From the NCBI GenBank assembly GCA_000002445.1, contig CP000070.1, positions 1,280,001 to 1,344,000 of the forward strand: a stretch of 64,000 bases of DNA, given 5' to 3'. Below the pieces are notes generated by a model. It was not told the origin of the DNA and did no database searches. It was given only the letters and a program-made list of their open reading frames with translations. Below are positions 31,001 through 41,182 of this stretch, one piece after another (within the stretch, counting starts at the first letter, position 1; each line of letters opens with the position of its first letter). This DNA comes from Trypanosoma brucei. Lineage: Eukaryota. The position numbers and the translations under genes are program-made.

Positions 31001-32913
31001 CACGAAATGCGATTGTGCGATATAACACATTCCAAATATCGAATTAGTCTGCACAAAATTGCCCACCGTAAGTTGCATCAATTTTTTCCTCGCTGTTGCT
31101 ACAGCAGACCATCGATTCCAAGTACGTTAATATGCGCACGGATAGCTGTCCATGCGGGTTTCAGTGAGGTGTTGCACTTGAACAAGTTCACTTCCGGTCA
31201 TCTTTCGATGACACAGAGCGGAACATCTGCATATTTAAAAAAGCGTGAACAAGTAAGTAAAAAAGCCGAGCCGCCTCGGTGATGCGTGACAGTAGCGCGA
31301 ACGTTAGTGGTTCGTTTCTTCTTCCGGTGATATTGATATTAAAATCCCAGAAAGATAATTCACGCTACAGCCAATCTTCCCTTTGCGCGGACACCTTCAT
31401 TACCCCATCAAAAAGATATTACACCGGTTAAATCGAAAGGGTTTGTAAAATCAACAGAACTTTTGCGAAGGGCGATAGGAACGGGAAGCACATCGACGAA
31501 CATTCGCATAGAAGCAGTGATCAGACCCTTCGTAAGCTGCATAATCGTTAAGAAAGAGATGACACACCTCTCCCTCGTTGTGCACAACCGCACCTAGCAC
31601 CACGAGATGCACGTACAGTTGTGGAGCGTATCAGCAGGGAAAATGACAGGCAGGCCCGGCACATGTACATTATAGCGCAGAAGGGAGGGGTGAAGCGGCA
31701 CCCACCCAGCGCTCCACAGTTCCAGACCACGCAACGTTTGGACCCTTTCAAACAAAGGCCCCGTACCACGATAACGTCCCACCCATCGCACGCCGCATCG
31801 TGGTCGGCACCCACTGGCCCCAACTCATACAACCTAAAGGATACCAACGCGCAGTACCGGGCTAAGCGAGGGCAAATTCCCCATACGCGCCACATCTGCC
31901 GTTCTCGGTAAATACGGGCCGTACGTGCACAGGTTGTCAAGCACCCCTCCAGTCTTCAAGCGCAAAGAACAAAAACTTCGTTCCTCCTCCGCCGCAGCAT
32001 TCCTACTGCGACGCCAGCGGCCGGCGCAGGGCGAACCTGCGGCAGCTGACCATCCCCCACGCCCCACGACAAGCTCCCATTCCACCACCATGCGGCCATG
32101 CCCCAGTGGTACAACACCGACGGAACTGACGCACCCCCATTTTCACTGGCGAATTTCGAATGCACCAATGGCGCGCCACGCACGGTGGCCTTTACAGTGT
32201 GAATCCGCTCCATCCTCCGGGAGAGAAGGTGCACGGAGTGAGCAAACACCGTCGACCAAACTATCCGTCCCGAAACCTTCAGAGGCCTGAAGACAAGCAT
32301 TTCTTGTTTTTTCGTGGTACTCCCCGCCTTGCACTACCACACCGTCCCGACAGCGACCCTCTGCGCATCTTGGTTGCCACACCCACCCTATTGAATGGAG
32401 GAGTCCCTATTGCGAGCGGTGAGCCTAAACTAACCGCACAGGTGGCCCCAAATGGGCAAAGCACGTTGTCGTATTTCCCCCTTCTTCTTAATATGTGTGT
32501 CTTTCCCTCCTTATACATGGCATTTGCTTTTGCTCACCCTGAAGGAGGGGCCCTTTTTCTTGGTCTCGCTTCTTATTGTTGTGTTTTGGTCAAATAGTGT
32601 TTTCCCGTGAGCGTACCACGTTGTAACACCATCCCTTCAAATCATTTAATCACTCATGCGTGCGATGTCCCGGAGGGCTCGATTTCTCTTCCATCACGCG
32701 GGATGACCCTCCCCTGACCACAAGCTGAACAAAACATCCTATTGCTTGTTGCACCTCAAGAGGTGATGGGTCGGCCGCGCCTTCTTCAGGATGTCGCTAC
32801 CGGTCCTGTTGGACAGCCCTCCGTCTACAATGCTCCCCGTCGGACCATGTAACATTTCCATCGTGCTTTTATCATTTATGAATGTTGAGAATAACCACGG
32901 TCCGGCCTCGTAG

Positions 32914-32941
32914 CGCACACACACACACACACACACACACA
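32914..32941. repeat. (CA)13 microsatellite (reads TG on the minus/sense strand of the left array)
   Basis: Direct read: gcgcacacacacacacacacacacacac. Confidence 0.9.
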
Positions 32942-35199
32942 GCTGCACCAACCCCTGATGGAATCTCCAGAATACTCATGTGACCCAGTCCGGTGAAAAA
33001 ACCGCTCCTAACTTTACCAGCATGAGCCTGGTTATTATGGACACTTCTTGCGCACACAACTCCACGACTCATACAGGCTTCGTTGTGTGGCCCGGTTACT
33101 TTGGCGCCTTCCTCAACGCATACCTCTACGGGTCACCATAAGATTTAGTGAAGGGCGCGTTATCCCCCGAAACGGTATGCGCCCGCTTTGGTAGTTTAAA
33201 CTTCAATGAAGTCATCTTTTGATCACTAGGTATCGTGGACAGGTCCAGCCCGTGGGGTTACATTTCAGCTTCCGTCAACCCTCCTCTGTTTGCGTTAGCA
33301 TAAGGTTGCCGGCGGGGAAAAGGTTTAATATATTCTGTTTACATTGGTTAGTAACTCAGTGGATCTATCGTTCACGGCCATGAACAGAACAAAGTCGGAC
33401 ACCGTTCTTTTTGCCACACGGTACGGCTATATGGGGCCTTCCCAAAGTACTGTCGGTTTATAATGACTCTCGCCATCTTGTTGGGTGAAAGTTTCTTACC
33501 CACCACATAATTTGTAGATTAGAAAAAAACTTTCTCGGCCGCTCAGAAAATGGCAACATTTCCCATGGGTTCAAACTAACGAGTGTAGAGTATGAATTTC
33601 ACCGTGGCGAGCACCGTCGATTCGTACCAAGTTGCGTCTCCAATCAACTGAGTTATGGATCCTACTGCCAAATGTTGGCGCAGAAACCTTTCTCTTTTGT
33701 ATACGCAACTGACAGTCAACAGAGTCCACAAATCTCCTTTGAATCAACTACTGCATTGCTTTGTAATTGGCGCAGGTGGTCGCTGTTAGTTTTTGACGAT
33801 GCCATGACAGAAATCCCCTTGCTTTCCCCTAACGCCAGTTCAATAGCTTCACACTTCCACTTCCCGACACTCCTCAGCATTTTCGATTCCCGTTGAGTAG
33901 TTGTTTACCTGTAGTTTAGCCCGTTTACCTCCATGTGCTTTAGTTGGTACACCATACACGCCATTTTCTTCAGCAGAAGAAGGAAATTTCGATCTTCCTG
34001 TGGCAACAATCGGCTCAACCATGCGAAACAGTTTGTGTTTCGCGTCTTCTCAACCTCTGGCACGTTCTTTACCGGGGCATCCGAGAGTTTTGTCTGTCGT
34101 TGGTGGCACATTTTTGACCTTGGTTGCGGCTACCGCTCCTTCTATCAGCGTCTTGCCGTTTATCACTGGTGGAAGGGTTGGTCCCCATTCTGGGGCGTGC
34201 ACCGCGTTCGAAAACTTGCGGCCGCTTTTTTTCTGTTGCCGACGATTTGGGTACATGATCTTTCCATTTTTTAAAGGCTAGTACATGCATGACATGTATC
34301 CTAACTTCAAAGAGGTCGCCTTTCCCTTGCACCTGTGGGAGATTATCAGCTTCCTAGTTTAGTTCTGAAAAACTACTGTTCATAGTAAGAGAAATTACTG
34401 GTCTACAGCTATGGATATTCCTCACTAGAGAGTCGCACATTGCTACGTGCATCCTGTCCCCATTTCAGTTTATACACGCTTCCATCTTGCAGAGCACTTT
34501 CCTCTTCCCTGTTACCCACCGTTTCTTGGATTATATACAGGTTGCCTCTTTTGATGAGAAGTGGGAGCTTCGATGAGCGGTTGGCATTATTTTTTCAACT
34601 CCTGACCCGGCGATGGCATGGAAGACTCTCGAACTGCGGTTGTAGTTCAGCCTGAGCGCGGCGTTCTTCTGCGGCACATCACAATTCTATTGGGAACTAC
34701 TGTCCGGGGCGAATTTGGTTCTTCAATTTTTTCTCCTTGCAATTGTCCCTGTGTGGACGACTCCCATTTCGTCATCCACAAACCAATTTGAGGTTGTCTT
34801 GCCTCTGTGAGTTCGTGAGATATGTTTGTCTTATGTAGGATGGTGGAAAATAACGTTCACCCGGTTAATGATCTCAGCCTTTCCGTGCCCGTTGTGGCGT
34901 TCTCCAGAAAGCGGTTGGGCGCAACGGTGAGCTTTACATGGCGGTCAACCGCCACCATGGTGGTTGCGTCTCCCATCAATTTCGGAGTTGACGACCCCTT
35001 TAGTAACTTCCACTACGTCCAGGACGAGGCATAGGCTCTGGGGACTCCGTTTTCAGTGCGTGCGTGTCCGCAACGCTTATATCCCATCACATTAAAGCAA
35101 AGGCTTTCCCCTCGGCTGAACCGCGTTTCTCAGGGAACGCAGAAAGTCACTTCGCCCTTTCGCAACGTTTCCACCGGGACGACCTCCTTCGATTGGGGC

Positions 35200-36100
35200 C
35201 GGAACATTTTATATCTCACTGAGCCGCGCGGGTGCCGGAACCAGTGGATTGACTGGGACCTTCGGCAAGTAACAGAGTGAGGCCGCGGGGATCTTGCGTA
35301 TGGACTTGTTGGCATGTGCTTCGGTGCAACTCGAGCTGCGTTGGACCCCCGGTGGCCGGCAGTCCGCCGTGCGTCGGCGCGGCCGCGGGTAACCCGAGGC
35401 AATTGCCATTCCATTCTTTCTGGGAGGGCTTTGACACGTCGGGGTTTATGTGTACGGCCGGCGGCTAACCTAACTGCCACGAAAGAACAACTCCAATAAG
35501 TTGTTTCCGTCTTGATTCTCGAGGTTTCAGGGATCCCGTATTAAACCATCCGGCGTGGGGGCGCACGGTCAAAGTCTTCTTTCCACATGCGGTGTGATTG
35601 ACTGCGAGGTCGTGGGTACCCGGAGATAGTTTGAGGGTAGCTCCCCTTTGTAAGCTTTCCCCCCGCCCGCGCTACGGTTACTTCCGTCTTCTTTCCACAA
35701 TGGGATATTCCCAGTGGAATGGGTTCCGGGGCCTTATCACCTCTCGTGCGGGAAAATTCTGACTCTTTGTGCCCTGTGGGGTTGTCTTTGATGACGGGGT
35801 CGGAGTTATCTTGAGACAATTTCACATTTCCTTCCCCCAATACGTTCTGTCGGGCGATGTGTTCTCGTACGGTTGCCCCTGCGTTGCGTTCAACTGGTTG
35901 ATCCTCGCGCCCGTTGCGCCTTACACGGAGTTTTGAGCCCCCCTTCAGGGTTCTGGGCGTTACCGGCAGCTGGGTGGTGGTTGCGGCTCCTTGCCATGAG
36001 TTTCATGTCCAGTGGACGCTGGAAGACATCTGAGGCAGCGCTCATTTTGATAGTATTGGCTATGTTGCTGTTTCTGACGTGTGTGTGGGAGGCTTCGCTT
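35200..36100. other. GC-rich island inside the strand-switch region (short direct repeat GGCCGCGGG at about 35281 and 35381); function unknown
   Basis: Local GC is visibly above 60% against an A/T-rich surround. No ORF with coding character. No match to known snRNA, 7SL or rRNA that I can recognise. Confidence 0.3.
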
Positions 36101-36184
36101 AGGTCGCTGATGGTGTTGCCGCTTTTTAAAAGTTCGGTCGAAAGGCGCGATGGGGGTGAGGCGCCGTGTGTGCACATAAACTGT

Positions 36185-36208
36185 GTTTGTGTGTGTGTGT
36201 GTGTGTGA
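36185..36208. repeat. (GT)11 microsatellite on the plus (sense) strand of the right array
   Basis: Direct read: tgtttgtgtgtgtgtgtgtgtgtgtgatg. Confidence 0.9.
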
Positions 36209-37901
36209 TGGAGGAGCGACTTAGCTCCACCAACGCTGAGAGAAGTGGTTTTAATCTAGTGGTTACTGCCGCTTTGGATTTCCCCTACTGGCGCCAATTC
36301 TGTTATTTGTGCCAGGTAATGGATAATTTGGGATGAGGGTATTGTTTTAATGTTGATGAGAGGCCGCACATGTTTTTTCCCTCTCGCCAATAGCTTGCAT
36401 TTCCAAAAATTTATTATATACCCTGAAAAATTGGCGGCATTTACCTCAATACACTGCTGCGTTCTGTATCTGGACGGTTGGTGCGTACCCCAGAAAAATA
36501 CGTAGCTCCTTTGAGTTATGTGTGGATGTTGTCCATTTATGCCACTGTTTCCCCTACCTATGTGGGGGGACTTGGTATCTTTGTGTTTTTGCCCATTATG
36601 AGGTAAAGCTATTGACGTGGTTTGCTGCGCACTTTCTGTTAAGTATGTTCGAGCTATCGTGTTCATGCGATCAATTTACGATCCCTATAACGGGTTATAT
36701 ATTGGGTTTCTTAGTTGTTGTTGTTTTTGAAGAAAGCGTGTGTCGGGGACGAGCGGCTGTTACAAACTAGGAGTTAAGACCGTCAGTCGTGTATATTTTT
36801 TGCGGTGCTGAATTCATGTGCCATCACTTACATCTTTTTCGTATGATTAATTTTTTTTTTTTGCCGAATCAGATTATCTGTTTATTGGAGGGTATTGGAG
36901 TGCCTTCGCTTTTGTTTAGCATTTTCCCGATTTCTGTTACTGGTTGGTTGGTCTACCGTTTTCCTGCGTAAATGGCGTAGGCGACGTGCTAACATAATTT
37001 GTGTTTCACTTACTGCGGTGCTGTGGGCAAGAAAAAGACCTACTTATGGACGTGAGCCTTTCGAACTATTGGAAAACAGTGGTTTCACTCAGTAAGGCTG
37101 CATCAGTTTTGCTACTGTCGTACATTTGAGAGTGCTCTCGACGCTTTTCGACCGAATTTTTTTTTAAAAAACTTCGTTGAAGTGTTTTCACGGCCATGCG
37201 CGTATGAATAGTAGGAACATTCGTGTATATATGTGCGAAAGTTTCTGTTTTTTTTGTTGATGATTCAGTCTCTTGACTGACGCCTTACCCTTTTTGGTGT
37301 TGATGTATCATATTAGGCCAGGAAAAGAAGGGGGAGGGGTTCACCAATCTACATTCGTACCGACCATTGCCACTAGAATCCATATGGGTAAATATTTGTA
37401 ATCAACTTTTGAGGAACTAGTACTATATCTTATTTCTCTAGAAGGAGGCTAACTACTGAGTGGGGTGATCCACTTTATAGTTTATAACTCACGGACAAAC
37501 AAACCCGTTCCTATCCTTGATTGAGTTTGGCTTGTTCTACCGGCCCTTATAAACACAAAGCTACTGTTGTCGGAAATTCGTAAAGAAAGCCGACTGTCGT
37601 TTCTTTGCTTTTTCGTTATACGTGGTTGCACTCTTTGTTGATACTTTTGTCAATGTTATCTTATGCATAATGCTAAAGCACGAAATGTACCCTAATTCAA
37701 GTTGTTGTAATGTGTTGCTGGCTTCGACATATTACAGATGAATGCCCCCTTTCTACTATAAGACACCGTTTACCTCCCCCCTGACAACAGTGGAGAGAGT
37801 TTGCCAGATACGCCGCCAGCGGTTAAGTCCGTTGTGGAAATAGCATCAACAGGATGGATGTAGGCGATGATGAGTAAGCGTTAAATCTTCTCATAGACGT
37901 T

Positions 37902-39251
37902 GTGAGAAACAGTGTCTCACAGTTAAATAAATATTGGCTCGCTGGTGTGGGGACTTCTTGCCACCAGAGCCTGCGTGGGCTGACAATGTTGTCGGGCATT
38001 ACCTTTGAAATATTTCTGTTTAATTTTGAGATATATCATGATTTTTCTTCCCCCCTCCTTTTTTCTTTAGCCATTCGCATCGTGATTGCTTGTGGAATTC
38101 CGTCAATGACAAACTCTTCAGTGCAGCAGGTTGGTTGCCGGGTAACATACATATGGCTTTCTGGAAAGGATTCGCATCACGATATTCGCAGCAAGGACAG
38201 AACCATATATATTTCACCTGATGATTTGGAAAAGGACCCCAAAGAGCTTCTCCGTTTGGATATGTTCCCTGTATGGAATTTTGACGGTTCCTCAACAGGT
38301 CAAGCTGAAGGATTAATAACTGAAATTCACATCAAGCCTGTAAATGCGTACCACTGTTGCATTCCCCGTGCTTCCTCTTCAGTACCATGGATAGTTGTAC
38401 TCGCTGAATGCTTTTTACCGACCGGCGAACCCACACCCGATAACTCGCGGGCGGTAGCTCGTCGCATATTTGATAAAGGGCTCGGTACCCATCCATGGTT
38501 TGGGATGGAACAGGAATATTTCTTGGTAAAAGACGGACATCCCTATGGTTGGTGTCCCACTTGTCCCCCCGCGTCCCAGGGACCTTACTACTGCGCAACT
38601 GGCTCTGAATGTATCCGAGGTCGGAAACATGTTGATTTGCATTATGAGGTTTGCCTGCAAATGGGACTCAAGATATGTGGCACAAATGCTGAAGTTGCAT
38701 TTGGACAGTGGGAATTTCAAGTCGGGCCGTGCGAAGGGATCGAAATGGGTGATCAGCTTGTTGTGGCTAGGTGGGTGTTGCTACGAATTTTGGAGCTTGA
38801 AGGGTTGGATGCAGATTTTCGTGCAAAGCCTATTTTGGGCGACTGGAACGGTAGCGGACTTCACACCAACTTCTCAACAGAGGCCACTCGGGCACCGGGT
38901 GGTTTGGAAGTCATTTATCAATATATTGAAAGATTAAAGGAAACTTCGTCCAAGGATATAATTTTTTATGGAGTTGACAATAACGAGCGGTTAATAGGGA
39001 AGCACGAGACCTCAAAATTAAATGAAACAACGTTTGGAATAGGTACACGGGGGACCTCAATTCGAATTCCTACCGCTGTGGCTGCCGCACAAAGTGGTTA
39101 TATGGAGGATCGCCGGCCTGCGGCAGGGGCTGATCCATACTTGGTGTCATCAAGGCTCTTTGCATCATGCCTATCAGTGGACGCCGTTGAACTGGATTTT
39201 TCATCTCCTCGACACGAGCGGGAGTGGATGGCAAGTACTTCTAAGGTGTAG
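37902..39251 (+). CDS. GS: Glutamine synthetase type II; the homologous region starts at Met69 (nt 38106), and the preceding 68 codons are non-homologous
   Basis: GS-II signatures: YIWLSG...RSKDRT, FDGSSTGQAEG (matches the FDGSSTGQA signature), WFGMEQEY, NGSGLHTNFST, RGTSIRIP. The upstream 68 aa are hydrophobic, low-complexity, and unrelated to GS. Confidence 0.85.
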   Translation: MRNSVSQLNKYWLAGVGTSCHQSLRGLTMLSGITFEIFLFNFEIYHDFSSPLLFSLAIRIVIACGIPSMTNSSVQQVGCRVTYIWLSGKDSHHDIRSKDRTIYISPDDLEKDPKELLRLDMFPVWNFDGSSTGQAEGLITEIHIKPVNAYHCCIPRASSSVPWIVVLAECFLPTGEPTPDNSRAVARRIFDKGLGTHPWFGMEQEYFLVKDGHPYGWCPTCPPASQGPYYCATGSECIRGRKHVDLHYEVCLQMGLKICGTNAEVAFGQWEFQVGPCEGIEMGDQLVVARWVLLRILELEGLDADFRAKPILGDWNGSGLHTNFSTEATRAPGGLEVIYQYIERLKETSSKDIIFYGVDNNERLIGKHETSKLNETTFGIGTRGTSIRIPTAVAAAQSGYMEDRRPAAGADPYLVSSRLFASCLSVDAVELDFSSPRHEREWMASTSKV

Positions 39252-39804
39252 CGTCTAATAGGAAAATGTTCTTGAATGAGTTTGTGCAAAGAATGTGTCC
39301 GCGAAGCTCGGGCGTATCGTTTTTTCTGTCAGCGGAGCGTCAACTTATTTAACTTAACTCAACCGATGTTGAGAAATCCCTCTGTCGTTTAGGAACTTTG
39401 TTGTGCATTCATTTTTTTATTGTTACGTTATTCTTTGACCTTTTTTTTTTTAACTGTCAGTTTGTTCGTATATATTTTTTCTATGTGATAACACTAATAT
39501 CTGGTAGAGTGTCCTGGAGAGGGAGAGGGAGAGAAAGAGAAGATTAATCTAATCCGTTATAAATGAACGCAATGGTTGTCGGTTGAGTTTTCGTAACCAA
39601 AAAGAAATCGAACGCCTTTGCTCTACCCGTTGCTGCTGTTCTTGGGGGGGGGGGGGAGGGGAGCCTGTCATAGGCTATATGACCACTGTCCCCATTGTGG
39701 TGTTGGAGATCTCTTTCCTCCTTAACTCTGAGCTGTTATGATCCCTCTTTATTCATTTTATTGGTTTCCATGACGCGGGTAGGTGCCAGACAAAGGTAAC
39801 ATTC

Positions 39805-40992
39805 ATGCCTGGTTGCCTTTCGGCGCTGGCGTCGCATGTGGAATCAGCATCTGTGGTCAGTACCAAGTCGAAACGTAAAAGGAAAAGTAAGAAGAAGGCT
39901 TTGTACGACCAATATCTTGCTGACTCAGGCAGCGAAGACTCATCTGAACTGAGCAAAAATGTGAACGGAACTCCAAGCAAGTATGAATATGAAGAATTTG
40001 AACCCGGTATGGATATAAATATTCTCATTCAACAAACTATTCAGAATGTTGTGCAGAGCGTATGTTTAGAAGATTGTGACGGCCTATCACAATTTGGCGA
40101 CAATGATTTAATTTGTTTTAGCGCGGCAGTGAAACATAATAGTTCTATTCTTTCTCTTCAAATCCGGTACCTTGATGTTTCGGATGTGTCACTTGTACCT
40201 CTGTGCCGTGCACTTGAGTGCCATCCTTCTATTCGGGCTCTGGATCTATCGGGGACCAGGGGTGGCCGCCCCTCTGTCAAAGCGGTCTTTCAACTTGTGT
40301 GCACAAATCCTAATATATTGTTTGTTCGCCTGGACGATACGATGGTATCCCCACACGACGCTGAGGATATAAGGGTTGCTACCCTATATAATGCTTTGGC
40401 ATGCCCTGATCCCACTAACAATCCCTTTTATTTAGGGTTGTTGCGAAAAATAAGCGACATAGAAGAGGAAAAGCAGAAATACAAAGAACAGCTATCGGAA
40501 CAGTTGTGGCTTTTTTCAAGTCGACCCCAAAACAATTTAAATTCGGGTAAGGAGAAAAAGGTTGGATTCAGTGAAAAGGTATCAGAGTCTCGAATAGGCG
40601 CTGATGTTTGTGCACAGTTTATGTCTGGGAGGTGTGCATACGGGTCACGGTGCAGGTACATTCACCCTGATAAGACCACCGCACTTAGGAACGCAATTGC
40701 CCTTAGTAAATATAAGATGGCGCAGATGATCGATGACGACGCGAAATCAGTTAAAAGCAGCGCAACTTCCCTTGGACAGACTGGAAGGGGTAGGTTGCAG
40801 AGTAGACTTCGTCCAACGAATTTTACTATGAATAAAGTGCATTGTGCGGTCGCCACTGTGCATGAAGGTTCGGTTGAACAGTGTAGTGCAGGCTCGAACG
40901 AGGAAGCGGCTGACGTAGCTTTGAGGTTGTCCATTTGGACATTTGCTCTTGTTACTGCTGTTTGCAGTGTTGTGCTGATCGTGGTTTACTGA
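39805..40992 (+). CDS. CCCH-type zinc-finger protein with leucine-rich-repeat-like region and a C-terminal tail-anchor TM
   Basis: C-x7-C-x5-C-x3-H motif (CAQFMSGRCAYGSRCRYIH). Basic N-terminal KRKRKSKKK. LRR-like L..L..L periodicity (LSLQIRYLDVSDVSLVPLCRALECHPSIRALDLSG). Extreme C-terminus LRLSIWTFALVTAVCSVVLIVVY is hydrophobic. Confidence 0.7.
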   Translation: MPGCLSALASHVESASVVSTKSKRKRKSKKKALYDQYLADSGSEDSSELSKNVNGTPSKYEYEEFEPGMDINILIQQTIQNVVQSVCLEDCDGLSQFGDNDLICFSAAVKHNSSILSLQIRYLDVSDVSLVPLCRALECHPSIRALDLSGTRGGRPSVKAVFQLVCTNPNILFVRLDDTMVSPHDAEDIRVATLYNALACPDPTNNPFYLGLLRKISDIEEEKQKYKEQLSEQLWLFSSRPQNNLNSGKEKKVGFSEKVSESRIGADVCAQFMSGRCAYGSRCRYIHPDKTTALRNAIALSKYKMAQMIDDDAKSVKSSATSLGQTGRGRLQSRLRPTNFTMNKVHCAVATVHEGSVEQCSAGSNEEAADVALRLSIWTFALVTAVCSVVLIVVY

Positions 40993-41182
40993 TGAGCCGT
41001 GTAATGGGTTTGTATATGTTCTTTTTTTTTTTGTTAAATCTGGGTGTCGAGGTGTGTAATGCAAATGGGTACGGTAAATTCCACGGGGTTCCACTTGCGG
41101 ATGTTCATTTTTGAGGAAAAAAAATATGCAAACCTACTTTCTGTTTACTACCATCGGGTACTTATAACAGAGCTATAATTTA

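Larger units (their letters stand above)
28036..37901. promoter_or_regulatory. Divergent strand-switch region (~9.9 kb, ORF-free); presumed bidirectional RNA Pol II transcription initiation zone
   Basis: All long ORFs to the left are on the minus strand and all to the right are on the plus strand. No ORF over 150 aa in 9.9 kb. Composition is A-rich on the plus strand up to about 33.0 kb and T/G-rich after it, so the sense strand is pyrimidine-rich on both sides. This is characteristic of trypanosomatid divergent SSRs. Confidence 0.65.

Noticed and set aside
31548-32597. Several 80-145-aa ORFs in the C-rich part of the strand-switch region (for example 31548-31940, 31925-32290, 32160-32597)
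   Set aside because: They overlap one another on both strands. Their translations are Pro/Arg/Ala-rich and lack motifs, consistent with GC-rich non-coding sequence. They should still be rechecked against RNA-seq, since the region is otherwise unexplained.
35820-35850. 'caactggttgatcct' resembling the universal 5' end of 18S rRNA
   Set aside because: The match does not extend beyond about 14 nt (no TGCCAGTAGTCATATGC continuation). It is a coincidental short match inside the GC-rich island.
28036-37901. Search for tRNA/snRNA genes in the strand-switch region
   Set aside because: Scanning by eye for tRNA B-box-like GGTTCGANTCC or GTTCRAATC and its complement found nothing convincing. The closest, 'gggttcaaactaac' at about 33565, lacks an A-box and an acceptor-stem partner. 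No U-snRNA or SL RNA signatures were recognised. A covariance-model scan would be needed to be definitive.
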